Positions 1 to 8,674 of a stretch of DNA of 26,222 nucleotides are shown piece after piece; the first letter of the stretch is position 1, and each line of letters starts with the position of its first letter. The notes beneath the pieces are model-generated. The model saw nothing but the letters and a program-made list of their open reading frames with translations, did not search any database and was not told the origin of the DNA. The DNA is from a virus (lineage: Duplodnaviria; Caudoviricetes): positions 1-26,222 of IMG/VR virus record IMGVR_UViG_3300027653_000050, one strand, 5' to 3'. A program made the translations under genes and the position numbers.

Positions 1-175
1 CTGCGACGCCCATTGCGCCTAGTGATTTTGTGATGGTTGCACTGGCTTTCGCGGTGCGAACGCCCATGTCTTTGGCTGCGCTGCCAACGGTGCTTTTTGC
101 CTCGTCCATCCCTTCGCGCAACTTGTCGGCGTTGGCGCTTAGGAATACTACTAGCTCGCCTAGATTACCCGCCAT
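1..175 (-). CDS. Tail tape measure protein, N-terminal part (runs off the window edge)
   Basis: Not in the ORF track. ATG at 175 has AGGAGGTGA just upstream. Translates MAGNLGELVVFLSANADKLREGMDEAKSTVGSAAKDMGVRTAKASATITKSLGAMGVA with no stop. Ala-rich, and directly follows the tail chaperone genes. Confidence 0.85.
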   Translation of the reverse strand, partial: MAGNLGELVVFLSANADKLREGMDEAKSTVGSAAKDMGVRTAKASATITKSLGAMGVA

Positions 176-176
176 G

Positions 177-458
177 TCACCTCCTGTTTCTCAGCATGCG
201 CTTGAGCTGCTCACTGTTAACCACCGGCTCTTGCTCAAAAATAGTGAACATATATGGATTTGTTCGCCACCCTGCCGCACGCATTGTCGCGTCACTGATT
301 GTCATTTTTGCAATCTCGATGCGACGCCCTAGGTGCAGCGTCCCGTGCTCATCGATGACGCGCTGCCAAAAGTTCACCTCGCTGAGGCTGAGCCGTCTTT
401 TGGCTTCGGCGACCGTGTTTCCTCCGATGCCGTTCATTACGAGCTCAGCCCAGAACAT
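177..458 (-). CDS. Tail assembly chaperone, C-terminal (gpT-like) frame, probably made as a -1 frameshift fusion
   Basis: ORF lies in the -1 frame relative to 470..763. The frame is open from the A8 run (477-484) through GGA CTG ACG CAA GAA GAG into ATG TTC TGG. Sits between tail tube and tape measure. Confidence 0.8.
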   Translation of the reverse strand: MFWAELVMNGIGGNTVAEAKRRLSLSEVNFWQRVIDEHGTLHLGRRIEIAKMTISDATMRAAGWRTNPYMFTIFEQEPVVNSEQLKRMLRNRR

Positions 459-469
459 CTCTTCTTGCG

Positions 470-763
470 TCAGTCCTTTTTTTTACCAATACCCGTTAAC
501 ACATCTATCATTTCAGACGCGATAGCACTTGCTAAGGGGTTTGGCAAATCGCGGAACTCATCTGCTGTGAAAAACGGAGTCTCGCTATCCTCGCCCTCAT
601 AAACAAGCAGCGCTACTGCGTCTGGGTTTGGCTTACCCATAATTTTGTCGCCAAACTCCTGTGCGCTTGGCTCGCGCACCCACAACTCCCATTCGTTGCC
701 GCCGTACTCGACAACAACGCGGTGGCGAGGGGTTTTGCCTACAAAGTCCTTTAAGCTTTTCAT
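470..763 (-). CDS. Tail assembly chaperone (gpG-like)
   Basis: 97-aa ORF right after the major tail gene, ending GGT AAA AAA AAG GAC TGA (slippery site). Confidence 0.8.
   Translation of the reverse strand: MKSLKDFVGKTPRHRVVVEYGGNEWELWVREPSAQEFGDKIMGKPNPDAVALLVYEGEDSETPFFTADEFRDLPNPLASAIASEMIDVLTGIGKKKD
476..484 (-). other. Programmed -1 ribosomal frameshift site (A AAA AAG)
   Basis: X XXY YYZ heptamer in the correct phase at the end of the gpG-like ORF. The -1 frame stays open into 177..458. Confidence 0.8.
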
Positions 764-1212
764 TATGCAAAGTCCTCTTCGACGCCGCTTTGACGCTGGA
801 CGGTGAATGTGCCCTGCCAGTTTCCGTTGTCATCGCTTCCCCACTGCACGGACTCAACATAACCCGTCATTGTCAGCAAGCTGCGGTCGGTTGCAGACCA
901 ACTGCCCGATGACAGCGTGGGTGTTGCTGTGCCGTCGCCAAGCGCAACACATAGCTGGATATCATTTGTTCTGTTCTTAAAGAACTCTTTAAAATCTTCG
1001 TACGCGTCTAAATTGTCAAAATCTACACCGATGGTCATTTGACCCCATGCAAATTTGCCCGCTTCACTGCGGTTTGAGCTAGCGCCGATGCAGACACGTT
1101 CACGCCCTTCAACGCTATCAGTGCCTAAGTCTAGCTCAAATAAACAGCCTGCTTTTTTCACGCTGCCGCTTGTGCCTTCCGAATAAAACAAATCCATGCC
1201 TTCTACTTTCAT
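763..1212 (-). CDS. Major tail (tube) protein
   Basis: 149 aa, Gly/Ser/Thr-rich, C-terminal GYVES...GTFTVQRQSG typical of siphovirus tail tubes. Directly upstream of the chaperone pair. Confidence 0.8.
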   Translation of the reverse strand: MKVEGMDLFYSEGTSGSVKKAGCLFELDLGTDSVEGRERVCIGASSNRSEAGKFAWGQMTIGVDFDNLDAYEDFKEFFKNRTNDIQLCVALGDGTATPTLSSGSWSATDRSLLTMTGYVESVQWGSDDNGNWQGTFTVQRQSGVEEDFA

Positions 1213-1220
1213 TTTTTACC

Positions 1221-1538
1221 TCACATGACCGCTTTGGTTAGTGTTATCGTGTTGCGCAAATTTTGCGTTACGTAAACCTGTTTTATTTCGCCTGTATTGC
1301 TGGGCATTTCAGCGTGCTCGCCCAGTGCTAGCACGCCGTTTTTAGCAACTTCTGCGTTTGTGTAAACAACGCTCTTTGCTACAAACTCCTTGCCGTCGCT
1401 GTCTTTGTAAACCTCGTTGCTATCCTGCCATCGGCATTTAATAACCACTGGCTGCGCATAAGCTGGGCCAAAGCCGTCGTTGCCGCTATAGGCCCAATAC
1501 GTAGCTTTTTGATGCATGTGTCTATCATAGCGTCTCAT
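1221..1538 (-). CDS. Head-closure / head-tail joining protein
   Basis: Start moved to ATG 1538 (ATGA overlap with the upstream stop). Pattern HQKATYW..GNDGFG.P....PVVIKCRWQD...DSDGKEFVAKSVVY is typical of neck proteins, and gene position agrees. Confidence 0.7.
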   Translation of the reverse strand: MRRYDRHMHQKATYWAYSGNDGFGPAYAQPVVIKCRWQDSNEVYKDSDGKEFVAKSVVYTNAEVAKNGVLALGEHAEMPSNTGEIKQVYVTQNLRNTITLTKAVM

Positions 1539-1903
1539 CGTATTAGCCTCACTCCGCCATACTGTTTGTCGCCCATGACTTCGCCCAAGCACGGCGCTAT
1601 GCGTTTTGCCAGCTGGCCAAAGTCTGTTGCTTTGCTGCCCGCGCCTCGGTGTGCCGTCCAAAAAGAATAACTAGCATCACCAAGGCTTTCGCTTTGCATC
1701 ATGCCCTGCCCATCAATGCCTTGAAGTGTTAAAAAATGCGCCACTAGGTATTTCATAGCTGTTTTTTTTGCTGCGTCATCGAGTTTAGCAAAGCAGTCAC
1801 CGGCAATGACAAGCATATCTGTTACGAGCGCTGTGATTCGCGATTGCTCGAAAAACTGGCCCGTCAAATCTTCAATTTCTTGCTCAGTGATAACCACGTT
1901 CAC
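1535..1903 (-). CDS. Head-tail adaptor/connector protein
   Basis: 122 aa with YLVAHFL...SESLGDASYSF...TDFGQ, a pattern typical of DUF4054-like adaptors. Located after the head genes. Confidence 0.75.
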   Translation of the reverse strand: MNVVITEQEIEDLTGQFFEQSRITALVTDMLVIAGDCFAKLDDAAKKTAMKYLVAHFLTLQGIDGQGMMQSESLGDASYSFWTAHRGAGSKATDFGQLAKRIAPCLGEVMGDKQYGGVRLIR

Positions 1904-2855
1904 GCGCCTCGTCTTCGTTCAGATATAACACAGTACAGCGGCAATTTATAACCTGCCCCGCATCTGCGCCAAGCGTTGTGTCTCTCGGAAATAGCATTTG
2001 TGTGCCATCGGGAAGCACGAACGGGTCGTCAAACTCTACGATTGCGCCATCCATTTGTTCGTGCTCGTCGCGCTCGTTTCCATCGCCCGTTGCGCTCCAC
2101 ATTTTGTAGCGCACGCTCGATTCGTTGTTCTCGATTTGCTGCTTTACAGCCTCGAAGCCGCCTCTCGAAACCGCCTCACCTGCCTCGGTTCTAGCAATTG
2201 TCTCGCCTCGGGTTTGAAGTAGCCGCGCTTCATACCTCGCTATGATGCGTGATAGTTCTCGTTGCGGAACAGGTTTGCCCTGGTCTATGTAGCGTTTCAC
2301 AGTGGCATCAAACCTCGCGTCTCGCTTCGTGTTTTGCAGATACTTGCGCATCTGTTCGGGGTCGCCGCTGCGTAGGTTTATGCGGGCATTGGCGACAGCC
2401 TGTGCCTGCGGGCCGCTCAGCCCAACAATACCGCCCTCTCGTCTGCCGTTCGGTGATACGCGCCCAACAATATCAAGTGCTATTGTCCGTGAGTTTTCGC
2501 CAAGTGTTCGGCCTGCAGCCACTATCTCGCGGATAGCTTCTTTTTGCTGTGCGTTAATATCTGCAACAAGTTCGGCTGTGAGTGATGATATAAACTGCAT
2601 CGCGGCCTGCGAGTTAGGGTCAAATCTACCCGTTAGTTGGCCGCTTGATTTTAGCGACTCTCGAATAGCCTCGGTGGTTTCGGCAAGGTCGCCACCGCGA
2701 AGCTCTAGTAATTCGTGCAAGGCATTGGCGTCATCAATCGACGCCTCAACCTCTGCTATCGACACTTTTTTCCCAGCAATGTCTCGCAAAAAAGCGCGCA
2801 TGACCGCCCGCGTGTGCCGTCTAAGCTCTTGCATTTGACGTCGCCTGCTAATCAT
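1884..2855 (-). CDS. Minor head morphogenesis protein (SPP1 gp7 / Mu gpF-like)
   Basis: Contains TIARTE, KMWSATGD..ER..H..MDG, FP.D and INCRC motifs. Confidence 0.85.
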   Translation of the reverse strand: MISRRRQMQELRRHTRAVMRAFLRDIAGKKVSIAEVEASIDDANALHELLELRGGDLAETTEAIRESLKSSGQLTGRFDPNSQAAMQFISSLTAELVADINAQQKEAIREIVAAGRTLGENSRTIALDIVGRVSPNGRREGGIVGLSGPQAQAVANARINLRSGDPEQMRKYLQNTKRDARFDATVKRYIDQGKPVPQRELSRIIARYEARLLQTRGETIARTEAGEAVSRGGFEAVKQQIENNESSVRYKMWSATGDGNERDEHEQMDGAIVEFDDPFVLPDGTQMLFPRDTTLGADAGQVINCRCTVLYLNEDEARERGYH

Positions 2856-2866
2856 GCGCGCTCGTC

Positions 2867-3772
2867 CTAGTTGGTGCTATCTAGGTACGCGAAGTCACGC
2901 TTTCGCACGATATTTACGCCTGCCGTGCGGAACACGCCTGGCACTTCCCAGCGGAGCGGGCCAGACTGATGCACATCGAGGAACTGGTGCGGTAATGGTA
3001 CCGCTAGCTCCAACACGTTGGGGTCGCGGCGGTATGCAACGATGCGAGGCTTGCCGCCTGTTGCCGCTGTATCCAACTCGTCAAGACTTAGCACCTCCAC
3101 AAGACGACCGCGGCTCGCGGCAATGTTGTTGGTGGTGATAAAGTCAAGCGCCGTCTGCGCGCCGTTAGGCATCAGCAATCCTGCTAATTTCTCGTACAGT
3201 GTGTACGGCAAAATAACCGTGTCCGCGGTTGGCGTGCCTTTGTTGCCAGTAAGCGCGATGGCCTTATTGACTAGCGAGAGCGCCTCTTCTGGTGTAACTG
3301 CAGCCCAATCGGTGTTATCCGTGTCGCGCGTTACGCCCGCGTTAGGCTGGTTGATTAGACCAGCTAAGCCTTTTTCGCGGCTGCCAGAGAATGCCAGTTC
3401 TTGCATAAACTCTTCATATGCGAGACGTGCAGCACTTGCTTTGCGGGTTGTTAAATCAACACCCATTACGCGCGCACTGTTGATTTCGTCATAGCCGTAG
3501 CCATAGCCGATTGCTGCAAAGTGCACAGGAGCAATGCGACCGCCCACATCCACATCTGCCATCGGCACATCATCGGCGTTGCCGTTGATGAACTCGGCTT
3601 TGCCCACGCTGTCAGTAGAGATAAACGCCACAGCCTGTTGCCATGGATTACCTTCACTGGTGACAGGCACAAGCTCGGCATAATTGATATGCGCGAACTC
3701 CTCGTCCATCACCTGTTCTTTGATGCGAGCGGCTTGACCTTGTAGCCATTTTAAAACTTCTCGATTAGCCAT
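2867..3772 (-). CDS. Major capsid protein (DUF2184-like)
   Basis: 301 aa after the scaffold and decoration genes. Motifs YGYGYDEI..AR..G, AFSG....GL.GLINQPN, RIVAY.RDP and AGVNI.R...AYLD. All Arg codons are CGN. Confidence 0.9.
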   Translation of the reverse strand: MANREVLKWLQGQAARIKEQVMDEEFAHINYAELVPVTSEGNPWQQAVAFISTDSVGKAEFINGNADDVPMADVDVGGRIAPVHFAAIGYGYGYDEINSARVMGVDLTTRKASAARLAYEEFMQELAFSGSREKGLAGLINQPNAGVTRDTDNTDWAAVTPEEALSLVNKAIALTGNKGTPTADTVILPYTLYEKLAGLLMPNGAQTALDFITTNNIAASRGRLVEVLSLDELDTAATGGKPRIVAYRRDPNVLELAVPLPHQFLDVHQSGPLRWEVPGVFRTAGVNIVRKRDFAYLDSTN

Positions 3773-3774
3773 TG

Positions 3775-4221
3775 CTACCCCTCCACCTCTCCAGTTTCTT
3801 CGATTTCTTCAATTTCTGTGCCCATCATGCGAACTGGCGCTAAACCGCCCTCGGCGATGGTGTCGTCAAACTGAGCACCAACGATGCGGAACGAGTAGTC
3901 CTCGCCTGCTACGCCCCATTCGCCGGCTGCGTTAAAGCCAACGGAGTCGCCCTCGCTAACGTCGTCGGCTACCTCAACAAACACAACGCCTTGTGTCATG
4001 ATGCGGGCGCTTTGCGGGAACTCCGCGTCGCCCTCGATGGATACGGGGCAATGGATACCTAAAAACGCCTCGGTGCCGTCTGCGGTCTCAGCCTGTTGAC
4101 GCTCTGCGTCAGCGTACTGTACTGGCGCGCCGGCTGCGATTGTCTCGCCATCAGCAACAGTGCGGCTAATAAATGTCGCAGGAACCATGCTGCCCTGCAT
4201 GCCTTTGAATGCTGCTTCCAT
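3775..4221 (-). CDS. Capsid decoration/cement protein
   Basis: Start ATG 4221 (TAATG overlap, GGAGG upstream). Acidic ~148-aa protein with IMTQGVVFVEV, lying between scaffold and capsid genes. Confidence 0.65.
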   Translation of the reverse strand: MEAAFKGMQGSMVPATFISRTVADGETIAAGAPVQYADAERQQAETADGTEAFLGIHCPVSIEGDAEFPQSARIMTQGVVFVEVADDVSEGDSVGFNAAGEWGVAGEDYSFRIVGAQFDDTIAEGGLAPVRMMGTEIEEIEETGEVEG

Positions 4222-5291
4222 TATTTCTTCCTCCACGCGTCTTGTAGTCGCTTGCGGTAACGTTCGTCAGCGTCGCTTTTCGGCGCGCTGTCATGGTGTT
4301 TCTGCTCGTCTTTGTTGCCAGTGATACGCTCAAGCTCGATATCAAAGCGCGCATCAATATATGCCGCTTCTTTGTCTTGCATGCTGTCGCCTAGTAGAGC
4401 CACTAATGCAGATTTTTTAATCTCTGCTTCGCTACCCTTGTATTCCTGGTCAACAATTTTCTTTGCTTTGCCGATTAGCTCAGCTCGTGCCGCAACAGCC
4501 TCGTCAAGCTGCTCATCGGTTAGCTGTGCATCTTTCAACGCTTCGATTTCAGCGTCCTTGGCTGCTAGTTTGGTTTGCGCATCCTCAGTCTCAGCTTCAG
4601 CGGCTTCCTTTTCCGCCAGCGCTTCGGTGATGCGTTTATTTAATTCGGCAATAACTTCGGCGGCCTGCTCGGAAACCTCCAAAGTGATGCCGTCGTGAAT
4701 GATTTTCACGCCCATTTTGGTACCTCTTTCGTGGTTGGTTTTTGGCTGTTGGTGGCCGCCACTATCGCCAATTCTTGCTTGTTCACCTGCGCGCGCCCTG
4801 TCTACGAGCGCCAAGTGGTTGTTTTTAATGTTGCGCTGAATGCAGTCATACGGCTCACCATCTGGCGTTACGCCGTCAGACCACTCTAGCGTAGCGCTGT
4901 ATCCCATTGACAGCTCGCGCTTACCGTTTTCGTAGTCCTCAATAGCTTGTGCGTCCATCAGCACCAGTGGCACACGGATAAAATCGCCATCGCGTGCAAC
5001 TTCGGCGCCAATCTGACCAATAGCCAAATCACGCCAATTCTTTGCGGTGACTGGCTCGCTTGGGTGGTCGTTCGTCATTGGTCGATAAGCAAACGTGCTC
5101 ATAACCGCATCTGAAAAAACCTCTTCCTCGGGTCGAAATACGCGCACCTGCTTTAAATCAGGACGTCCTACTTCGTGGCCTGCATAAATCTGTATACCAC
5201 TGCGCGCAACTTTGGCTGTAGCAACTAAGTAGCCGTCATCTGTTCGACGCGGCTTTGTTGCCAGCTCTATGCTGTCGTAAAAATTAATCAT
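4221..5291 (-). CDS. Prohead protease/scaffold protein (DUF2213-like)
   Basis: Motifs DGYL...A.VARSGIQ.Y, P.TNDHP, GKRELSMGY and NHLALVDRARAG, then a Glu/Ala-rich coiled-coil C-terminus. Start moved to ATG 5291. Confidence 0.9.
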   Translation of the reverse strand: MINFYDSIELATKPRRTDDGYLVATAKVARSGIQIYAGHEVGRPDLKQVRVFRPEEEVFSDAVMSTFAYRPMTNDHPSEPVTAKNWRDLAIGQIGAEVARDGDFIRVPLVLMDAQAIEDYENGKRELSMGYSATLEWSDGVTPDGEPYDCIQRNIKNNHLALVDRARAGEQARIGDSGGHQQPKTNHERGTKMGVKIIHDGITLEVSEQAAEVIAELNKRITEALAEKEAAEAETEDAQTKLAAKDAEIEALKDAQLTDEQLDEAVAARAELIGKAKKIVDQEYKGSEAEIKKSALVALLGDSMQDKEAAYIDARFDIELERITGNKDEQKHHDSAPKSDADERYRKRLQDAWRKK

Positions 5292-6504
5292 CTTCGTTTT
5301 CCACCATGCTGAAATACGACTCGCTCTCAAGCGCAGGCAGATAGTCTCCTAACGCCTGAGCTGCTGCGCTGCGCAATTCGTCATCGCTAAAAAGCATCGT
5401 ATCAGATAGCGTTTTAATCGATGACGATAGCGTGTTTATGTTGTTTGCTTTTTCTGATTCTGTTTCCTGCCACAGCGAGCACCACTCGTAATCCACATCA
5501 TCGGCGGCTGATGCTTCGTTTAGTATTAAGCGGTCAATAGCGCGAATAGAGGGGCCGATTTTGTTAGCCTGCTCGCTCGCCACTTCGTCGTAAAAATCAC
5601 GTATTTCGCTATCACCCTTGGCGTTAAGGCCACCTACGCTAGTGCCAAGCAATTTTGTAGCTGGTATACCGCTCGCGCCTGCTGCGATTTGCAATGCAGT
5701 TAACTGCACATCGTTTAGGCCGCCAAAATTTACATGCTTCTGCTCGTACGACTCTTCGGCGTCCATCAGCAAGCTGTTCGTGACTGATTTGCCGTGATTG
5801 GCCACGGACAAGCGGCGCATCAGCTGGCTTTCGCCCTCTTGAGTGCCCACTATTTCCATTAAGTTTGGGATTTTGAACACATCCACCTTGGCCTCAAACA
5901 CTAGCGCCGCAATATTTGCGGTAACGCCATCAGCGTTAAGACAGGCGCGGTAAACAGGATTTAGCACGCTGTCACCGCTATTCATGCGAGGAATGTATCG
6001 TCCTCTCATCGGGCACAGGCGGCTTGTGTGTACGTCTTGATTATTGATGCGGATTGTGTTCTGTGACTGAGTGGTGCTTCGAAATCGAGACAAGATGCCT
6101 GTGTTGTTTGTAGGCATCTCTACGATATCAAGCCCCACGATGCGCTCGTTGTCGCGCAATGGTGCATGCGTCGTATTGCTATTGGTGCGGATTAGTATTG
6201 CTGCATGACCGAACAAGCGCGCATCTTTCAAGCACTCATTCACAGCTTGCTGAAGATTTATTCGGCGCTCAATTTCTTCTATGCGGTCAACTGTTGCGGG
6301 GTCGCCAGTCCACTTGCGCCAATTGCGCGTAGCCTGGTCGGCGGGCACGTCAACAATGCGCGCAGGCAGCCACGCAAAACGATACGCATCAATAAGCTCA
6401 GTCTCTGTTAAGCACTCACTGCTGTATCTTGAGTGAGCAGCCTTGTCGCCACCGAAGCCGATTTGCGCTATTACGTTTGTTAGGCTATCAAAAAATTTAA
6501 TCAT
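5284..6504 (-). CDS. Portal protein (DUF1073-like)
   Basis: 406 aa after terL. Motifs AWLPARIVDVPA..ATRNWR, ARLFG and AGASGIPATKLLGTSVGGLNA.G. Confidence 0.9.
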   Translation of the reverse strand: MIKFFDSLTNVIAQIGFGGDKAAHSRYSSECLTETELIDAYRFAWLPARIVDVPADQATRNWRKWTGDPATVDRIEEIERRINLQQAVNECLKDARLFGHAAILIRTNSNTTHAPLRDNERIVGLDIVEMPTNNTGILSRFRSTTQSQNTIRINNQDVHTSRLCPMRGRYIPRMNSGDSVLNPVYRACLNADGVTANIAALVFEAKVDVFKIPNLMEIVGTQEGESQLMRRLSVANHGKSVTNSLLMDAEESYEQKHVNFGGLNDVQLTALQIAAGASGIPATKLLGTSVGGLNAKGDSEIRDFYDEVASEQANKIGPSIRAIDRLILNEASAADDVDYEWCSLWQETESEKANNINTLSSSIKTLSDTMLFSDDELRSAAAQALGDYLPALESESYFSMVENEDD

Positions 6505-6537
6505 AACCGCCGTGAATGTGCCGTATATGTTTTATGA

Positions 6538-6566
6538 ATAGTACATATAAACGACAATTATGGCAA
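6538..6566 (-). promoter_or_regulatory. Sigma70-like promoter upstream of portal
   Basis: Minus strand TTGCCA (6566-6561)-N17-TACTAT (6543-6538) in the terL-portal gap. Confidence 0.55.
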
Positions 6567-6605
6567 ATGCAAGTGTATAATCGTGGGTTATGAGCTGCTC
6601 TGCAG

Positions 6606-7988
6606 TTAAATGTTTTTGAGAGTGTAGGTGCTGCCGCTAACTAGTTCGTTGTATGCACGGCTTAGTGCATCGACAATATCGTCATGTGCGCCCCGGGGGA
6701 ATGATGCAAGCTCGTGCACCAGCACCTCGTTCCATGGCGCCTTTATCATGCGCACATTGCCTACATTTATTTGTGATGCAATAGCCTCGGCTCGCGTGGC
6801 TTTGTCGCCGCTCTCGGGGGAAAACTTAAACTTTGTGCCTTGCAAACGCTTTGATAGATATGACATCTGTGACTTTCCTGCTGCGCCTGGGTCTTGCGGG
6901 ATTGATTGTAGAAAACCATCTATTTGTGCGTTTGACACCAGTATTTTTTCAACCTCATCAGGCGAGCCTTGTACGCGAGCAATATCAGCAAAGTAAACAA
7001 TATCATCTTTAATGCCCACCTTGGCTCCTACGGTCCAGTCGCCCCCGCCCGCGGTTGCTGCCAAGTCCCACCCGCGAACCCATTTTATGCCTGCGGGTAG
7101 CGTGTCAATTATCTCGATGTTGTGCGGCTTGAAAAAACCACCGCCCCTCGGAGACGGCTCTTGCTGATACTGTCCTGCAAATGTGTAAGGGCTTGCTTTT
7201 TCTAAGCGCCTTAGCATGTCAACAGGGAATTGGCGCTCCCAAAAGCTTGTGCCGTCGTCATTGAGCGCAGGTATTTTTAGTAGCTCCCACTCCTCCCCAT
7301 TCCCCCCACCCAGTAGCCACCCGCTCAGGTCCTGCTCGTGTAGCCGCTGCTGAATAACGATTATCGGTGTATTAGGCGAGTTTTTGCGGCTCTCTAGTGT
7401 GCCTCTAAACCACTCAATCGTGTTGGCACGCATGGTTTCACTAAGCGCGTCATCAGGCTTACTAATATCGTCAATCAGGATGGCGCCAGCGAACATGTCG
7501 CCCATGCCTCCTGCCCCCTTGCCCGTGATGGTGCCACCAGCCCCCACGCCGTAAATCATGCCGCCCGCTTCCGTCCTAAACTCGTCACGAGCCTGGCTGT
7601 CCCCCTTGATTTGTGGGTTTGTTTCGCGCCATAACCATTGGTACGCCTCGTGTCTGAGCATTTCCCGAACAGCGTAGGTATTGTTTGATGCGAGCGTTTT
7701 TGAGTAGCTCGTTAGAATGAATTGGCTTGCAGGGTTTAAACCCATACAAAAGGCGGGAAACATTTGCGACACGAATAATGTCTTGCCACTTCTGGGTGGA
7801 ACGTTAATGATTAGGCGCTTAGTTTTGCCTGTTATTACACGCGACAACGATTTGCAAATATGCTTGTGATGGGGCGCTAAAATTAAATCACGCCCTGTTT
7901 GCGCATAAAACATATAGCGCACAAAAGCATAAAAGTTATTGCGCGCTAATTCCTCTGCTTCATTCTTCGTCATCGTTATTTTTTGCAA
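6606..7988 (-). CDS. terL: Terminase large subunit
   Basis: Walker A VPPRSGKT, Walker B ILIDD, coupling region IQQRLH, and nuclease motifs GWDLA and HDDIVDA. An alternative ATG start lies at 7973. Confidence 0.95.
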   Translation of the reverse strand: MQKITMTKNEAEELARNNFYAFVRYMFYAQTGRDLILAPHHKHICKSLSRVITGKTKRLIINVPPRSGKTLFVSQMFPAFCMGLNPASQFILTSYSKTLASNNTYAVREMLRHEAYQWLWRETNPQIKGDSQARDEFRTEAGGMIYGVGAGGTITGKGAGGMGDMFAGAILIDDISKPDDALSETMRANTIEWFRGTLESRKNSPNTPIIVIQQRLHEQDLSGWLLGGGNGEEWELLKIPALNDDGTSFWERQFPVDMLRRLEKASPYTFAGQYQQEPSPRGGGFFKPHNIEIIDTLPAGIKWVRGWDLAATAGGGDWTVGAKVGIKDDIVYFADIARVQGSPDEVEKILVSNAQIDGFLQSIPQDPGAAGKSQMSYLSKRLQGTKFKFSPESGDKATRAEAIASQINVGNVRMIKAPWNEVLVHELASFPRGAHDDIVDALSRAYNELVSGSTYTLKNI

Positions 7989-8343
7989 ACGATGATAGCG
8001 CGGCTTCTGCTGTAGCGGGACGGTTTAGGCTTTCGCCTTTTGTTGTGTGGTCTAGGATTTGCGTCTCTTTCCAGCCTGCCTGCGTCTTCATCCAGAAGAT
8101 CATAGCCGTGGTATCGCCCGACTTTGCCTTGTTGAACAAAGCGCCGCCAATTGTTGCGTTAGCTTTAGCCTTGGACTGGTCAAGCTCATTGCGGTAATAC
8201 TTGCGCAAAGTCTTTGGGTCGATACCGATAATTTCAGCTATGGTTTCCTGCCGCGTGCCTACCATCGCGTGTAATTGTACTAGCTCGCGCGTTACTCGCG
8301 TTGGCTCGTGTGGTGGCGCGCCTGGCGATGATGTTTCTTTCAT
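7960..8343 (-). CDS. terS: Terminase small subunit
   Basis: HTH (QETIAEIIGIDPKTLRKYY) plus GDTTAMIFWMKTQAGWKE. Overlaps the terL start. Start moved to ATG 8343. Confidence 0.85.
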   Translation of the reverse strand: MKETSSPGAPPHEPTRVTRELVQLHAMVGTRQETIAEIIGIDPKTLRKYYRNELDQSKAKANATIGGALFNKAKSGDTTAMIFWMKTQAGWKETQILDHTTKGESLNRPATAEAALSSFAKNNDDEE

Positions 8344-8442
8344 TTTTAAACCTCTAGTTTGCTTATTGTAACAATAAAGGTTATTGTTCTTAGCATTGCT
8401 TGCATGTATATTCTTCATCGTGCATTAAATGAATGCATGCTC

Positions 8443-8454
8443 GCATTGTAGCAT
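8443..8454 (-). promoter_or_regulatory. ATGCTACAATGC element (extended -10 TGcTACAAT) upstream of terS; copy 1 of a 12-bp direct repeat
   Basis: Plus-strand GCATTGTAGCAT is identical to 10631-10642. It is overlapped by the inverted repeat CATGCT-N8-AGCATG (8436-8455). Confidence 0.55.
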
Positions 8455-8485
8455 GAAACAGTAAGTACACATAAGGAGCCAACAA

Positions 8486-8674
8486 TTGACAAACGATGAG
8501 TACAGAGCTGCGCAATCAACTCTAGGTCTTACTAATAAACAGCTTGCTGAAAAGCTTGGCGTAACTCAAGACACGATTGTAAAGCGAAAGTCAGGAAGAA
8601 CACCAATAACAACAGAGGCAGCAATCGCTATTAAAAAACTTTTAGGAGACAGCAATGAGAATTCCAACAATTAA
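8486..8674 (+). CDS. XRE/Cro-like HTH protein
   Basis: LGLTNKQLAEKLGVTQDTIVKRKSGRTPI. TAAGGAG RBS before the TTG start. Overlaps the radical SAM start. Confidence 0.85.
   Translation: MTNDEYRAAQSTLGLTNKQLAEKLGVTQDTIVKRKSGRTPITTEAAIAIKKLLGDSNENSNN

Noticed and set aside
6571-6581. Perfect TATAAT on the plus strand pointing antisense into terL
   Set aside because: No correctly spaced -35 and no downstream terminator. It lies in an AT-rich gap already explained by the minus-strand promoter.
30-6996. Numerous plus-strand ORFs opposite the structural genes (e.g. 37..525, 2302..2838, 3018..3494, 4312..4698)
   Set aside because: They overlap well-supported minus-strand genes and lack RBSs and domain signatures.
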